Below the pieces are notes generated by a model. The model was not told the origin of the DNA. It saw nothing but the letters and a program-made list of their open reading frames with translations, and did not search any database. This document shows positions 38,186 through 50,629 of a DNA stretch of 64,000 nt, piece after piece. The stretch's first letter is position 1. Each line of letters opens with the position of its first letter. This DNA is from Heterodontus francisci (Eukaryota), in contig NC_090396.1 of the NCBI RefSeq assembly GCF_036365525.1, forward strand, positions 40,908,689 through 40,972,688. The letters run 5' to 3'. A program made the position numbers and the translations under genes.

Positions 38186-40767
38186 CTGTGTCAGGAGGCT
38201 GTTTGACTGTGTGGGGTTGAGAAGGATTCTTCTGTGTAGCAAAATGTTTATGCAGGGCTCACAATGGTAGTGCAGCTGAGAATCAACTTGTCCTGATCTG
38301 GCAGCCAAAGCTGCATGCGTTCCAGCAGGGTCGCACTGCATTGCATTGGGAGCCAGATTTTCTTTCTTCTTTGTCTGAGGCCAACTGTAGGGTCAGCATT
38401 ACTATCTGTATTCTGACCAGCTAACTAGCACACATTCAAAACTGACACATTTTGGTGTTTGTGTGTCACATCCACACAATGAAATTGTGCATTATTATCT
38501 GGTTATTGCTGCATGTTTTTTTCTGCAAACATCACAAGGAAAAACAAAATTGTCCAGATTACATTCATGTAATTAGTTGCATGTTTGTGGCTATTCTATT
38601 GATGGTGGTTACTTCAGCAATACTCATTCTGAACCTCAGTGCACCCTAAAATAACTTCCATGATTCTGGTAACTAAACATTGGTCCAAATTCTATTAGCT
38701 GACTCACCAAAACCTTTTCAGTCATTAGATTAAATCTTTTAGGAGTCTTCTGTGTTTTCTGAGATGAATTTGTGAAAATCTGCTTCGTAGTTATCAGATT
38801 AATTCTTGTTCACATAAATCAATCTTGTAAGTTTAAATTCAAGGGTTTCAGGATTTTGTGACTTAGGTAATGGAAATTCTAATGAAATAAAGTCATGCAG
38901 CTTACTGAAAAGTTCTCAATAAAAAAAGGTAAATGGTTATACAACTTGACACCAAGAAAATTATTTCAAACATTATAGTAAATTAATAACTTTACGTCTG
39001 TAATAGTTCACATCTCCAATTTGTCTTAACTGCTACATTATTGCTCCTTCAAACTTCTCTTTGTACCTCCTAATCTCCAGATATGCTGCCCTACATCCAT
39101 CCTCCTTGTTGAATTCCCTGCACCCTCCCTTTATTGAAACAAGATTCATTGTAGCATCTTCTCTCACTCTTTATCCACAATATCAATCCAATTGTAGCAT
39201 TTCTTAACTGCATTCATCTTTCCCTCCTTCTCCAAACTAATGACTTTTTAAAAGCTAAGCTTGATATCTCCTTATGCTGCTTCCCAGGATCTTTTCAAAT
39301 TTGCTGGTTCCTTGCACAAATGTCCTTGGCCTTTTACTGGGATTTTCAATTTAACTAAAAGGGCTCAATCTTAGCTGGAGCATGATATTAAAACAAAATT
39401 CTGTGGCAATGCATACAAATTGAGTCCACAAGTGCCTTCTCGCAGTTTTAGGTTGTTTTATAAGCCTGTTAGCAAGATGTTTTGATCTTAAAACCTGATG
39501 ACTGAATTATGAAACAATGTCATGATTACCTTGATGGAAGCTTAACCACCTGCTGTTCACGAATCTAAGAATCATACTGAAGCACTGTTGAAAAGCAAGT
39601 TCGGGAAATGTAGACATCAGTAGTGATATCTCAGAGCGACTTTAAAACTAACCACTAAATGCCAGCTGAATCACGATGCCTCAGTAAAGTAACTTTTTAA
39701 AATTTGAATGGTCATTTCTTCTTATTTAGTATACAATCTCTTGAATATGTCATTTGTATTGGTAACATTACATTTATGTGAACATTTTATGCATTTTGTA
39801 TCCTCATATGCAGCATGTTTAATGTTTTAATGTTACTTTGTGTTTTAAATTACATTCATTTTAATTTGTTAGTTTTAGAAGAAATAATCATGTTCAAATA
39901 TTATGATATTAAAACATAGTTTTTTTTTGTTAAGTGCCCCACATACCATTCACATCAAACATGAAAGCTTAAATCCCTTTCTGGATCTGTGCCAGTCGTC
40001 AGAAAGAGGGCAAGTGTAATCTGGCTTGGCTCTTTCACCTCTGATTTTTCCTCCCATTTTATGGGAAAGTGCTTCTCCTAGATGGCTCAGCTAAGATCCA
40101 GCACCCATCTTTTGAATGGCAATGGTAAACTTGCACCCTACTGGTCTTCAGTAGAGAAAACTGATACATCGTGTACTGTGCCACTAATGTTGCCGTCACA
40201 CTACACACAGTGAACTGTGAGCAAATCAATCTAGAATTTGCTGTGGATTTTGAAACTGTTTGCATTGCTGTAGTCTACAATACAAGTCAAAAACTTCTTA
40301 TTTTATGTGATAAATAGTGGCGCTCATCAAAAATTCTAGATATCATCATGGAAAATCTTTGTTATTAGGCAGGTAACTATTAGTTACTTGTGTAGATATG
40401 GAACTTTACCCTTTTTATGTTTCTGTTCTTTTTTATATCAAGGGACAACAAAAGTAGCTAATGAAAATTGAAAATTCAGTGTTTTGTGGTCATCCTTTCC
40501 TGTAGAGAAGATGTTCATGCATTAATGTTGAAATGTCAATCACGAACACTTAGCTCTGAGCCAGTTGTGGTTTCCTTTTCCTGTCATATGTTATGGAAGT
40601 GCCCTTTTTAAATTGGCATGAGTGCTGTTTTCAACCATCACTTCATTCTAAATCTGAAGATTTGTAAAGTGCATTTGTGCTACTATAGTATTTCAACATA
40701 ATAAAACATCTTGAGTGCTTCACAAAGGTCAAATAAATATAAACAATAAAACAATTATAATGGACAC

Positions 40768-41203
40768 TGTGGTTGCAGTTTTGCTGACCTTGGGGTCTAC
40801 AGCTCTTTGCTTTAATGACTTGTTTGTCTGCAGCAACCTGCTAAGCAAAACCGCAACCCACACAGACGTTATCAATGGGCAAATGTGGTATCTGGAGTAT
40901 GCATTAACTTAAGGAAAATAATAGCTTATTATGTACAGCCTTATGCAAGGCTGACCTCGGATTCTACATGGTGTATAGTCACGTAGGCCGTCCTGTGTCT
41001 ATCTTGTAGTTTTGTAACTAATTGGGAGACTGTCAGCTCGGCATCTGTTGTACTATATAAATCCGCAGAGATCTGGAGCGCTTTGGAGTAGCACCGGACC
41101 GTGATTAGGAAAGGTGTGCCCCCCATGATATCATGCAATAAAATTTGTTAATGCTCAAGGTCTGAGTCTGGAGAATTTCTTTGACAATCAAATTTCTTCA
41201 ACA
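40768..41203 (+). repeat. ERV 5' LTR
   Basis: TGTGG...CAACA; TATATAAA 41054-41061, AATAAA 41137-41142; about 16 substitutions against the 3' LTR by manual count. Confidence 0.93.
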
Positions 41204-41206
41204 ATC

Positions 41207-41224
41207 TGGCGTAGTTGGCAAGAT
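41207..41224 (+). other. Primer binding site, tRNA-Ser
   Basis: TGGCGTAGTTGGCAAGAT, 3 nt after the LTR; 16/18 match to TGGCGTAGTCGGCAGGAT, the complement of the vertebrate tRNA-Ser 3' end. Confidence 0.85.
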
Positions 41225-41598
41225 CCCTTAATTACGGGATCCTGAGCGAACCTAAATTATAGAAGCGGCTGACTGCATGATCCTGACCTGAGTCCACAAG
41301 CTGATCCCAAGTTAGGGAAAGACGCTGTGACAAGACGGAACTGGAAAGACCGCTGCCGTAGAGAACCGGCTGACTGCATGATCCTGACCTGAGTCCACAG
41401 GCTGATTCCAAGTTAGGGAAAGACGCTGTGACAAGACGGAACTGGAAAGACTGCTGCCGTAGAACGTTCGGGAATAGTAATCAATTCAGGTGACCTTGAG
41501 GGATTGACAACGACGCCAGCGCAAGTTTGTCTTTGTTTGGTTTGTTGTTCATTTCTCCACAGATCGTAGATCCGCACTTCGGAACTGAGGAAGTGACG

Positions 41599-42087
41599 AT
41601 GGGGTCGACGAGTTCTAAACGTAAGGAAGAAGGGCTGCCCCCGGGGACAAGTAAACCATGTCCCGCTGAGAAGGGCGGCCCATGTCCGTTTGCCCCCTCG
41701 AGGAAGACGCAGAAGTGCCACGGTAAATACGTGCAATGTAAAACGAAGGTAGGAGACCCCCCGGTTCCGCCAGGGTCACCGGCTGATATTGTTTGGAGGG
41801 AGACAGGTGACAGTAGCTATGTTATTCCTTTCACCTCCGATCTATACAGGTGGTCCCACGGCAACTGGCCTTATGGAGGCTCCTTTAAATTGGAAAAGAT
41901 TGATTACTGGAGGACATGTGTTGAGAGTGGGTGCGGCGACCCCTCATGGGATAATGCTTACATGCTCCGGTGTTTAGATAAATTTAAAGAATTGCGAAAG
42001 GCCATCAGCCCCCTAAGCCTGAAGAAAGAAGAAAATCATTGGCAAGGTTTATGGCAGAGTGACATAAAAGACTATGTTTTAGAGTAA
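41599..42087 (+). CDS. ERV matrix-like (Gag N-terminal) ORF, 162 aa, N-myristoylation signal
   Basis: Strong Kozak (acgATGG), MGSTSSK, PPGSP...WPYGGSF resembling the class I ERV matrix WPxxGT/SF motif; located after the PBS and leader. Confidence 0.6.
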   Translation: MGSTSSKRKEEGLPPGTSKPCPAEKGGPCPFAPSRKTQKCHGKYVQCKTKVGDPPVPPGSPADIVWRETGDSSYVIPFTSDLYRWSHGNWPYGGSFKLEKIDYWRTCVESGCGDPSWDNAYMLRCLDKFKELRKAISPLSLKKEENHWQGLWQSDIKDYVLE

Positions 42088-43929
42088 AAACAAGTTTCTG
42101 TGGCTTTGATTCGAATGTGTGAATGTTGGAAGCGTCCACGAATGAATTGAATGTCTGGGATGTACAGCTTGTGTTCTGTACAAATTGTGTTCCGTAGAAC
42201 TGACTGTCGTTAACTCTTTGTTGTCTGGCTTTAATGTTGAAAGCATCAGTCTATTAAGTTGTTTGGAATTGAATGAGTGTGAAAAATGATTGTTGAGTGT
42301 GTTCATTTCAATTTAAGATTGTGTACCCAGGAATGGGATATAAACTTGAATTATATTTTAAGTTAAAGTTTTATTATTTTAAAAGTTGGTTTTGCAACTG
42401 TGAAAAGGCAATGAACAATTTTCTAAGAGATAAGCTTCAGCCTTGAAGGTCTGAAGATGTTTGGCAGAATCCAATTTGAAGTTTACAACTCCTGCTTTAA
42501 TTGGAGTTCCAGTTTAAAATCTGTTCTAGTTTCTGGAGTTTAAATTAAAGACATGTTTTATTGACTGTTTTAAGTAGCAAATGTCAGGAATTGGATATTG
42601 GTTTAAGAGAGAGATGGATAAACAAAGGAGATATAGGAAAGATTCTGTCTGTTTAAAAAGCTGGTGTTAAATCTTTTGTTATAAGAATGTTAAATAACTC
42701 TTTCTTTAGTTTTTGGTTTCATTACAGTCATTTGAAAAGGCGCCTGAAGAACAAGAAAAATGACGTAATTTACCTATCTTTTAAAATAAGCACGCGCTAT
42801 TCTGTTCTGTGTGTAGTTAATAAGTATTATAAGTTAATAAGTCTGAATTAAATTAATACTGTTAAGGTTAATTGACCTGTTAAGTTGAAAAACAGGAAAT
42901 TTCATTTGTGGCCACAATGAACTTTCAAGTCTATTATGTCAAGTTTTGGAGGAGCCTTCAGCTCCGGACACAAGACTCATTCATATAACATTGGCAGTTT
43001 TGGTTTTTAAATATTTGTTGCAGTGAATTGGAATTTGGAATCATCTTTGTTATAAAAAAAAATCCTGGCATTAGAAACCTCTTACAAAAGATGCTAAAAA
43101 ATTTGAAAACAATTGCAGTTTGATCTAAAATGTTGTCTTTCCTGAAGTAGATATTTTCCTTTGAAGTTGATAATGTTACTAATGATTTTGTTGTTTTCAA
43201 ATCCTAAGGATACCAAAAGGATTGAAAAAGTTTAAAATGGACAGTAGTTCTTTTCGATCAGAAAAGAAAGGTTACTAAAGTGACGCAGCTGAGAATGTTT
43301 TGCTCCACCCCCTTGGAGACAAACAAAGAACTTAACCCTGCTGCAGCTTTTTGCATTGCTGAGAGTAAAATTTATACATATTGGACATTGTTAAATTTTA
43401 ACTTTCTAAATTGACAGATATAAGTGGACAAATTAACCCATTGGGCTCAGGGGCAGAGCCACAATGGATTCTTTGTGTTTTTTTTTAAGCAGGTGACGGC
43501 AGGTTCCAAGGCCATGTGAGAACTGATGCCACAGCAAGAGATCCAGCAGCTTTGAGAATTTAAGAATTTAATTGCAGACATCAAATGCCATAGCATCTTT
43601 ATCAATGAGACAAAGTGCTTGAGAAGGAGAGGTAGTTGCAAGCACTTCTGTCTTTAACGTACAAAGAGTACAACCAAGTCTGGGCATAAGAAATTGGAAT
43701 CAATAAACAAAATTTAATTGATATGAGTAGTTATTTAAAGCACTCAAAGGGAAATATATCTGATATTTAAGAAGACAATCAAAGTTTTAGAAAATAAAAA
43801 AAACAAAACAGTCTAAGTGGTTTACTGTGTTGGATATTAGCATTGGGTTCTTTAAGTTTACGTTCCAGGGACAACAGTTCACCTGGACGTGTCTCTCCCA
43901 GGGATATTATAATAATTGATCGATATTCC

Positions 43930-44098
43930 ACCTTCCTCCAGAAGGTCAGAGTGAAAGTTAAGCTGAAAAAAGCACAGATAATGAAGGAAAAGGTTTCTTA
44001 TTTGGGAATAGTAGTAACACAGGGAAAGCATGAGATAGAGCAAAGGTGAGTGCAGACAATCCTCGAACTCCCCCTAGCACAAGATATTAAAGCTCTAA
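43930..44098 (+). pseudogene. ERV pol fragment (C-terminal part of RT)
   Basis: KVKLKKAQIMKEKVSYLGIVVTQGKHEIEQR*VQTILELPLAQDIKAL, the retroviral KAQ...V.YLG...P...K.L region. Confidence 0.75.
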
Positions 44099-44229
44099 AA
44101 AAAAAGGACAGTTCCTATTCCAGGTTGTGAGATTAAACAGACAAAAAGCACCAACCCCCACGATTATCCCCACATCCGAATTACCGACGAGAAAGGTTAC
44201 GACCCAGCAGTCACAAGTGACTGGTGTCC

Positions 44230-45335
44230 CTTGCCCTGCCTTAACTGCAGGACCAGAAAATGGACTTGCGATAATAAAAACTAATAAAATTGTATATGAT
44301 AATATAAAGCTTGAGTTGGTACCGGTATTATTGAATATCTCAGATTGGAGGCAAATTGATGCAGGACAGGTGCCAGTTTGGATCAATGACACCCAGTTGG
44401 AGGACTTAGCTAGTCACACAAATGATAAAATTACCAGGTGCCAACTCAGAAAACTCAGTATGGAAAGGTCAGGAGTGTGTAAATATAGGATCTATGAGTA
44501 TTGGAGTAGTGTTGGGAATACCTGTAATTCTGAGATAAATTAGGGATGCAGTTATACAAAGTAGAAAATATAGGGGTGATGAGGGGAAAAGATTACATAA
44601 AATACTATGATATATTACCCTATGTTATGAAAATGTTATGGAAATTGGAAAAGAGGTAATTGGAACAACATTGTCCATTGTCTGAGCGTAGTCTGGAAAA
44701 CCAGGTGGTCATATGTCCTCATCCCATAAATAAAATGGCAGAATCAAAATGTGGATTTAATGCCACGGTAAATTGCACCATGGAGACTAGGAAAGCATTG
44801 TCAGGGTTAACCCATGTGGCCTATATGGAAAAGGGGAGATATTGCTTAACCACCACAGCGAAGGAGTACCAGTATGGACATAAACGGACTTGGCCGGTGA
44901 GCAACAGTACATTTTGGTTCAACCCACAAATACCAACCCGAGTAGGGAAGATGGAGTTGGTACAGATAAATAAACAAAAGACAGAAACGATAACTGTGAC
45001 AGAAAGTATTAAGGAGGATTTGACAAATTACCTCCGGGACTATGAATATACTATTCAGCAATTGCCCACAGGCTTGGGTAAAGATAGACAGCAGCTAGAA
45101 GTCATTGCTGTAGTGTACTACAATCTGGAACAACAGTCGAAGATGCCACAAGATGAGATTGACGAGATAAATGGCAGGAGGACTTATGGAACTGGGGGTC
45201 AGACGTGCAGATACACCCCTGGTTTAGAGTTATCTCCCATGTCCTGATAGTGGTTTTGGGTATCATGGTTTTATATGTGACCTACTTAATTTGGCAACTT
45301 TAGAAATTAATTAGGCGATGTAAGAGGATGTATGA
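44230..45335 (+). pseudogene. ERV env remnant (frameshifted, internally deleted), lokiretrovirus/foamy type
   Basis: GPENGLAII..., AGQVPVWI, LYKVENIGV, VVICPHP, KCGFNATVNC, GRYCLTT, a heptad-like stretch, Trp-rich WQEDLWNWG...HPW and TM VLIVVLGIMVLYVTYLIW, read across frameshifts. Confidence 0.7.
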
Positions 45336-46258
45336 ACACAGGTTGGACAGCTACCCGAAAAGCAATTAGTGTTCGAACTTGCTCTGTCAAAGGAGGGACA
45401 ATTAGTTATGCCATAAAAGGGTAATTGTATAACCTTTTCATATATACTTAAAATGAATTAATGAATGATCAATGTACTCTAAGAATGGAATTGTATTATG
45501 TTTGTACAATCGATTATGTAACAGTGATGCTTAAATGAAATTGTAATTGTACAAGTGTTCCACCTTTTATGTTGTAAACAAGTAATTGAAGCCCCTGCAA
45601 AACTTATGCCTTTACAGAGTTCCCGCAGGCCCCTCTTGTGGCACAAGCAGGCAACGTATTGAGTGCGACCCCTCCGGGTGTTGAAGGCTGTTTCTAGACA
45701 AATAGAGACCATCAAAGGCACCTAGGTGGGATCAAGGGAAGGATTCTTAAAAGTGTAAAAGAAGAATCAAAGGGGGGACTGTGAGAATAGAATTTTAAGA
45801 ACAGAATTTCATGGGGACATTTAAGATGAAATAATTAATCAATCATGTATTGCTAACAAGCTAGCTTCAGTGCTGCAGGGAGGGAAAGCTTATTAGAAAT
45901 AACTTCATAACTTCAGGGCTGCAGAGGCAACTTGGCCTTGCAGCTGGTACAGCGCAATAGCAGAGAGAGACATTGTGCTTCAGCAACACTCTTCTTATCT
46001 CATCACCCAGACATGACACATTCCTAAGGAACAGTTAGTGTGAGAAACATACTGACCAGGCAAACCCACGCCCCTTGTCCGAGGGTGGCTCAGCCGAAAG
46101 TTCCCAGGGAGATAGGGGAATAGGAAACTGCTTGAGGAGAGGATGACAAGGCAGTGCCCCAATCAGACCCTGAGGACTACCCTTCTGATTCCGAGCCTCC
46201 ACCGCCGGGTAATCCCCCAGGACCTGCTCCTTTGATCTTATGATCAAAAAGGAAGGAT

Positions 46259-46694
46259 TGTGGTAGCAGTTTTGCTGACATTGGGGTCTACAGCTCTTTG
46301 CTTTAATGACTCGTTTGTCTGCAGCAACCTGCTAAGAAAAACCGCAACCCACACAGACATTATCAACGGGCGAATGTGGTATCTGGAGTATGCATTAACT
46401 TAAGGAAAATAATAGCTTGTTATGTACAGCCTTATGCGAAGCTGACCTCGGATTCTACATGGTGTATAGTCACGAAGGCCGTCCTGTGTCCATCTTGTAG
46501 TTTTGTAACTAATTGGGAAACTGTCAGCTCGGCATCTGTTGTACTATATAAATCCGCGGAGATCTGGAGCTCTTTGGAGTAGCACCGGACCGTGATTAGG
46601 AAAGGTGTGCCCCCCATGATATCATGCAATAAAATTTGTTAATGCTCAAGGTCTGAGTCCGGAGAATTTCTTTGACAATCAAATTTCTTCAACA
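46259..46694 (+). repeat. ERV 3' LTR
   Basis: Direct repeat of 40768-41203, preceded by purine tract AAAAAGGAAGGA. Confidence 0.93.
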
Positions 46695-47451
46695 GACACC
46701 AATGAATGATGTGAGAAAGTTTAGGACTGGTGATGGAGAGTAAGAAAAAGGGAGGTTTTTGAAGAGGATGTTCGACTGGGTTATATTATTCTCTGCAGAA
46801 AAGTGAAATAACTTCACCATTTGTGGTATCTTTGATTTAAAACGAAACAAATTCATTAGATTTCATAAGATTATCAGTTCACTTTATTGTCACCATCTAG
46901 TGCTAACAACAACCATATTTAAATGTGAAACAATCAAGCGAATCTACTCTTGTTTCTACTCTGTTGGATGATGTGTGAAAGAGTTTTGTTTTTGCATCCC
47001 ATATGCAGATTGAACCATTCTGCTCTATTTGCAATATTTAAATAATTTAATTTTCCTTTGTACATGACAACTTCTTCTGCAGAAATGATTAATTCCATGA
47101 CCAATGACTGTCAGTGTTGCTGCTGAGCCAAGTGGCAGAATATATACAAATAACAGAATTGTTAGAACTCCAAGTTTCCAAGAGTTGATGCCTGATCAAA
47201 ATCTCTCCAAGCAGCTTGCCCTGAAGTCACCAAGTACCAAAGCCATATTCTGCCCCTCTAAAGACAAGTGTGTTTATATGCTAAAGAACGGCACGATGTA
47301 TATCTTTACATAGCTGCTCAAACACTGCAATCTGAATTTGTGCATCATTGCTGCTGGCTAAATAAATTGCAAGGAAGAATCTGTCCTCATTTGAACTTAA
47401 GTCTCTTCTGCACCAAGCAAATTTACCATGAATTCTGTGCTGTAACTGAGG

Positions 47452-47940
47452 CCAGGATTTTATCTGGTCAACGGGGGTCTTGATGTACGGAAAAAGTGAT
47501 GCCGAGAACTGCACGTTGCCTCTTCTGTGGGAGGCCCACCAAATCAAATGCCAATTAAGCACTTAAGTGGACAGCGGCGGGCCATCCATGGGATTAAGGA
47601 CCCCTGTTCTGCCCTCTGATAGCTTCTGGCCGATCGGAGGCTGGCAGCTCTTTAACTGAACAGTGCCACCATGTAGGTGTTAGCTGCTGCTGGTGCAGCA
47701 TCTCTCTGAGGCCCAGGAGTGATGCTGGACCCAGGCTACAGGTAGGTCAAGGTGGGAGGGGTATTGTGGGGCAGGGTTGGGGGGTGTAGGGGCGTCAGTA
47801 GCAAGGGCAGTGGGAGTGGCTCTCAGTAGGCCCTCCCCCCCCCCCCCCACTTAGTGCCTGAACAACAGACCACCCCCCTTCCCCCACCCCTGGAGTCAAC
47901 AAGCAGCCCTCATGGGTTTTCCTGCCGTGCTTCTCGTGCC
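47452..47940. mobile_element. Harbinger-type MITE fragment
   Basis: Begins GCCAGGATTTT, similar to the TIR at 1209; body resembles 22110-22532. Confidence 0.45.
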
Positions 47941-48549
47941 TTGAAGCTGTATTTCACTTCTCGAGGCCTTCCTGCAAGAAAGAAGAACAGAAGCCACACC
48001 CTGCAAAACAGCAAGAAAACTTGCTCTCTTCCAGTTTTCTCTTTGTCAAAAAGGGTGAAATCAGACACTAAGCCGCCTCAACTTATCTTCGAAAATGCAA
48101 GCAGAAGAATGTGTAAAAAAGAGGTTGAAACAACTCCTACCCTCCACTCAGCATTTCCAGTCAGTTAACTCCGGTTTTTTGGACTTTGTTAATTAAAAAA
48201 AGTCTAGTTTCAACTGAAACCCCCGTTAGTTTGCAGTTAAGCTATTATCCATTTAGTAAATGCCCTTACCTTTTTGATATCTTTACATTTCCTTGTATGT
48301 TTGTGAGCGTGCTTTGCAAAGTTGACCCCCTCCCGAGTTTAAGAGTGTGTGTTCATCAACCCATTTCTTTGTTTTAACTTTAACAACAGTGTTGCTGCGG
48401 TCCTTTACAAGTCAGGGTTCAAGGGAGGAAAATTCAATCGCAATCTGCTTACGGACAGGTTGTGGAAAAGACAGAGAAAATGGTTTTTAAAAAATTAACT
48501 ACCTGTTCGTAACAAATATATCAATAAAATGGATTTTTTTTCCCCCAGT

Positions 48550-48703
48550 GTTCAATTGGAAGGAATTAAGGGATACGGTGGGAGCGCGGGTAAGTGGATC
48601 TGAGTCTATGAAAAGATCAGCCATGATCTTATTGAATGGCGGAACAGGTTCGAGGGGCTGGACGGCCTACTCCTGCTCCTAGTTCTTATGATCTTATGAT
48701 CTT
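48550..48703 (+). mobile_element. CR1 3' end
   Basis: GATCAGCCATGATCTTATTGAATGGCGG...CCTACTCCTGCTCCTA with (TCTTATGA)n tail. Confidence 0.8.
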
Positions 48704-49499
48704 CTGGCTCATCTAGAATGTTATATCAGATAAGCAAGCTGACAACACTGAAGTGGTTGTGCAGTTGATGGAGGTGGTAAGGAGGGAGAACTGAGTGCTG
48801 CATATACAAGGAGAAACATATGGAGCTGAATTTTTGTAGGGTGGTGGCGGCAGGAATGGAAGAGAACAGGCCCAGAAAATGATGCAGCTGAGAGGTGTGA
48901 CTGTTTCCTGTCACAGTTCTGACGGGCTGCGATTTTTGAAATAGAGTTGAGAAGCAGGAAGCGGCAAGGCACCCAAAAGTGGTGAGTCTATAATTTGACA
49001 TGCAAACGAGCAAACTGTCAGCTTATTGAAGGGCAGTTTGCATTTTTTGAGAGGAGGCACAGAAAACATGGAGGGTCTCCAGCCTGTCCATGAGGAGGAG
49101 GTGGCTTTGCAGTGGGGAGCCAGTCATGGACACGAGTGTTAGTAAGAACCCGTCATAAGAGGAGGAAGGCTCAGGAATCACCTCATTCATTGGCACACAG
49201 TGGCCATCGCATTATCAGTGTTCCCTGAGAGGTTGATTTGTAAGTGCTGGGGCAGTTGGCCAGTGGGGAAGTGACACTGCAGGGGTCATGAGGGCATAGC
49301 TCCAGGAGGCTGTGATAGTCCAGCTGGAGGTATGAAAGGACAGTGCCTGCAAATGGAGGTTGGCTACGCCAAAACAGAGACGGACAGCGACAAAGAGCAG
49401 CGTCAGCATCCGATGCAAATCCATGGACATGAGTGATGCAGAGGTGAGGAACAAGGGGCTGGGAGACAATGAAGATGATACCTTCTCAACAGGGTGTAC

Positions 49500-50420
49500 C
49501 GATGAAGAATAAGCTTCCTAAAACTATCAAAACATTAGTGCTACAGGAGGCTTGGCCTAACCAGGCTTCTGACCTGTGTGCCCTCGTTGAGGATCACTTC
49601 AGACCTAGCAGGTCTCTGGGTCATTCCAAGGATCAGCTGCAGAGCTAGGTGGCATTTCCCAAGCGCCTGCCCATCATTGCACATGACAGTTCATGGATGC
49701 GCTGTTCAAGAGGGCTACATCTACAATAGAGTTCCAAATGGATAGCACAACGCAGACACAGAGGGCAGTGGGATTTGCCTCCATCGCTGGACTCCCTCAG
49801 GTGGAGGGGGTCATCGACTGCACCAATGTGATCATCTAGACACCTACTAAGCAGCCAGAGTGATTCCTCAAGAGGAAGGGATTTCACTCCCCAAATGTCC
49901 AGTCTGTTTGTAACCACAACAAGTATTTCATGTCGGTGTGTGCACAGTATCCGGGCAGCTGCCTTGATTCCTTCATCCTCAGGCAATCGCAGGTGCTGCA
50001 ACTCTTTATGGCACCTGAGGGACTCTGTGGATAGCTGTCAGGGGAAAAAGGGGTATTCCTGAAAAAATGGCTACTGATACCGATGCAAGTCCCTGCAGCA
50101 GAGGCACAGAGGCACTACAACCAATGCCATCTCAATACCAGGACCACCACTGAACAGACCACTGGACTTCAGAAGATGCAGTTTTGATGCCTAGACTGGT
50201 CGGGAGGCACCCTCTAATACCTTCTCGCAAGGGTCTCTCATATTGTCGTCTGCTGTGCCTCCATAACATGGCCCTCCATAGAGGTGTAAATCATGAAGAG
50301 GGACAAGTGGTGGAGCAGCACATTTCCTTGGAGGAGAAGGAGGAAGAGGCAGTGGAGGATTGTGCCCATGCTTTGCAAGGCCTTCCACAGGACCGGATCA
50401 GCTTGGCAGGGAAACTCAGG
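49500..50420 (+). pseudogene. Second Harbinger transposase remnant
   Basis: GFASIAGLPQVEGVIDCT, RKGFHSPNVQ, AQYPGSCLDSFILRQS with stops. Confidence 0.75.
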
Positions 50421-50629
50421 TAGCTCATACGCAGGAATATTTCTCCTGAGGGTGCCTCATCCTGGAATGCATTTGGCTCTGATGCTCACCTTCATCAAAA
50501 TAATGAGGCACAAGTCACCAGCAGCTATATATTTACCACAAGCACAAACCTTTGCGTGTTGCTACCCCACATCTTCCTTCTTTTGCCTTGACTTTGTTGT
50601 AGGGTATTCCCAAGCGCAGAGGCACCTGC

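Larger units (their letters stand above)
40768..46694 (+). mobile_element. Internally deleted endogenous retrovirus with lokiretrovirus/foamy-like env
   Basis: Two 436-bp TG...CA LTRs, GACAC TSD (40763-40767, 46695-46699), PBS at 41207, PPT at 46246-46257, and gag-like, RT and env remnants in that order. Confidence 0.9.

Noticed and set aside
38452-40265. Short ORFs (hydrophobic 38452-38649; 40059-40265 on minus) as a second receptor or SECTM1-like gene
   Set aside because: No Ig motifs or consistent splice structure found.
45780-46694. 915-bp 3' LTR starting at 45780
   Set aside because: The TSD and the 5' copy define the LTR as 436 bp starting at 46259.
47082-47313. Possible host exon after ttcttctgcag
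   Set aside because: Early stops after the acceptor, no recognisable domain and no partner exons.
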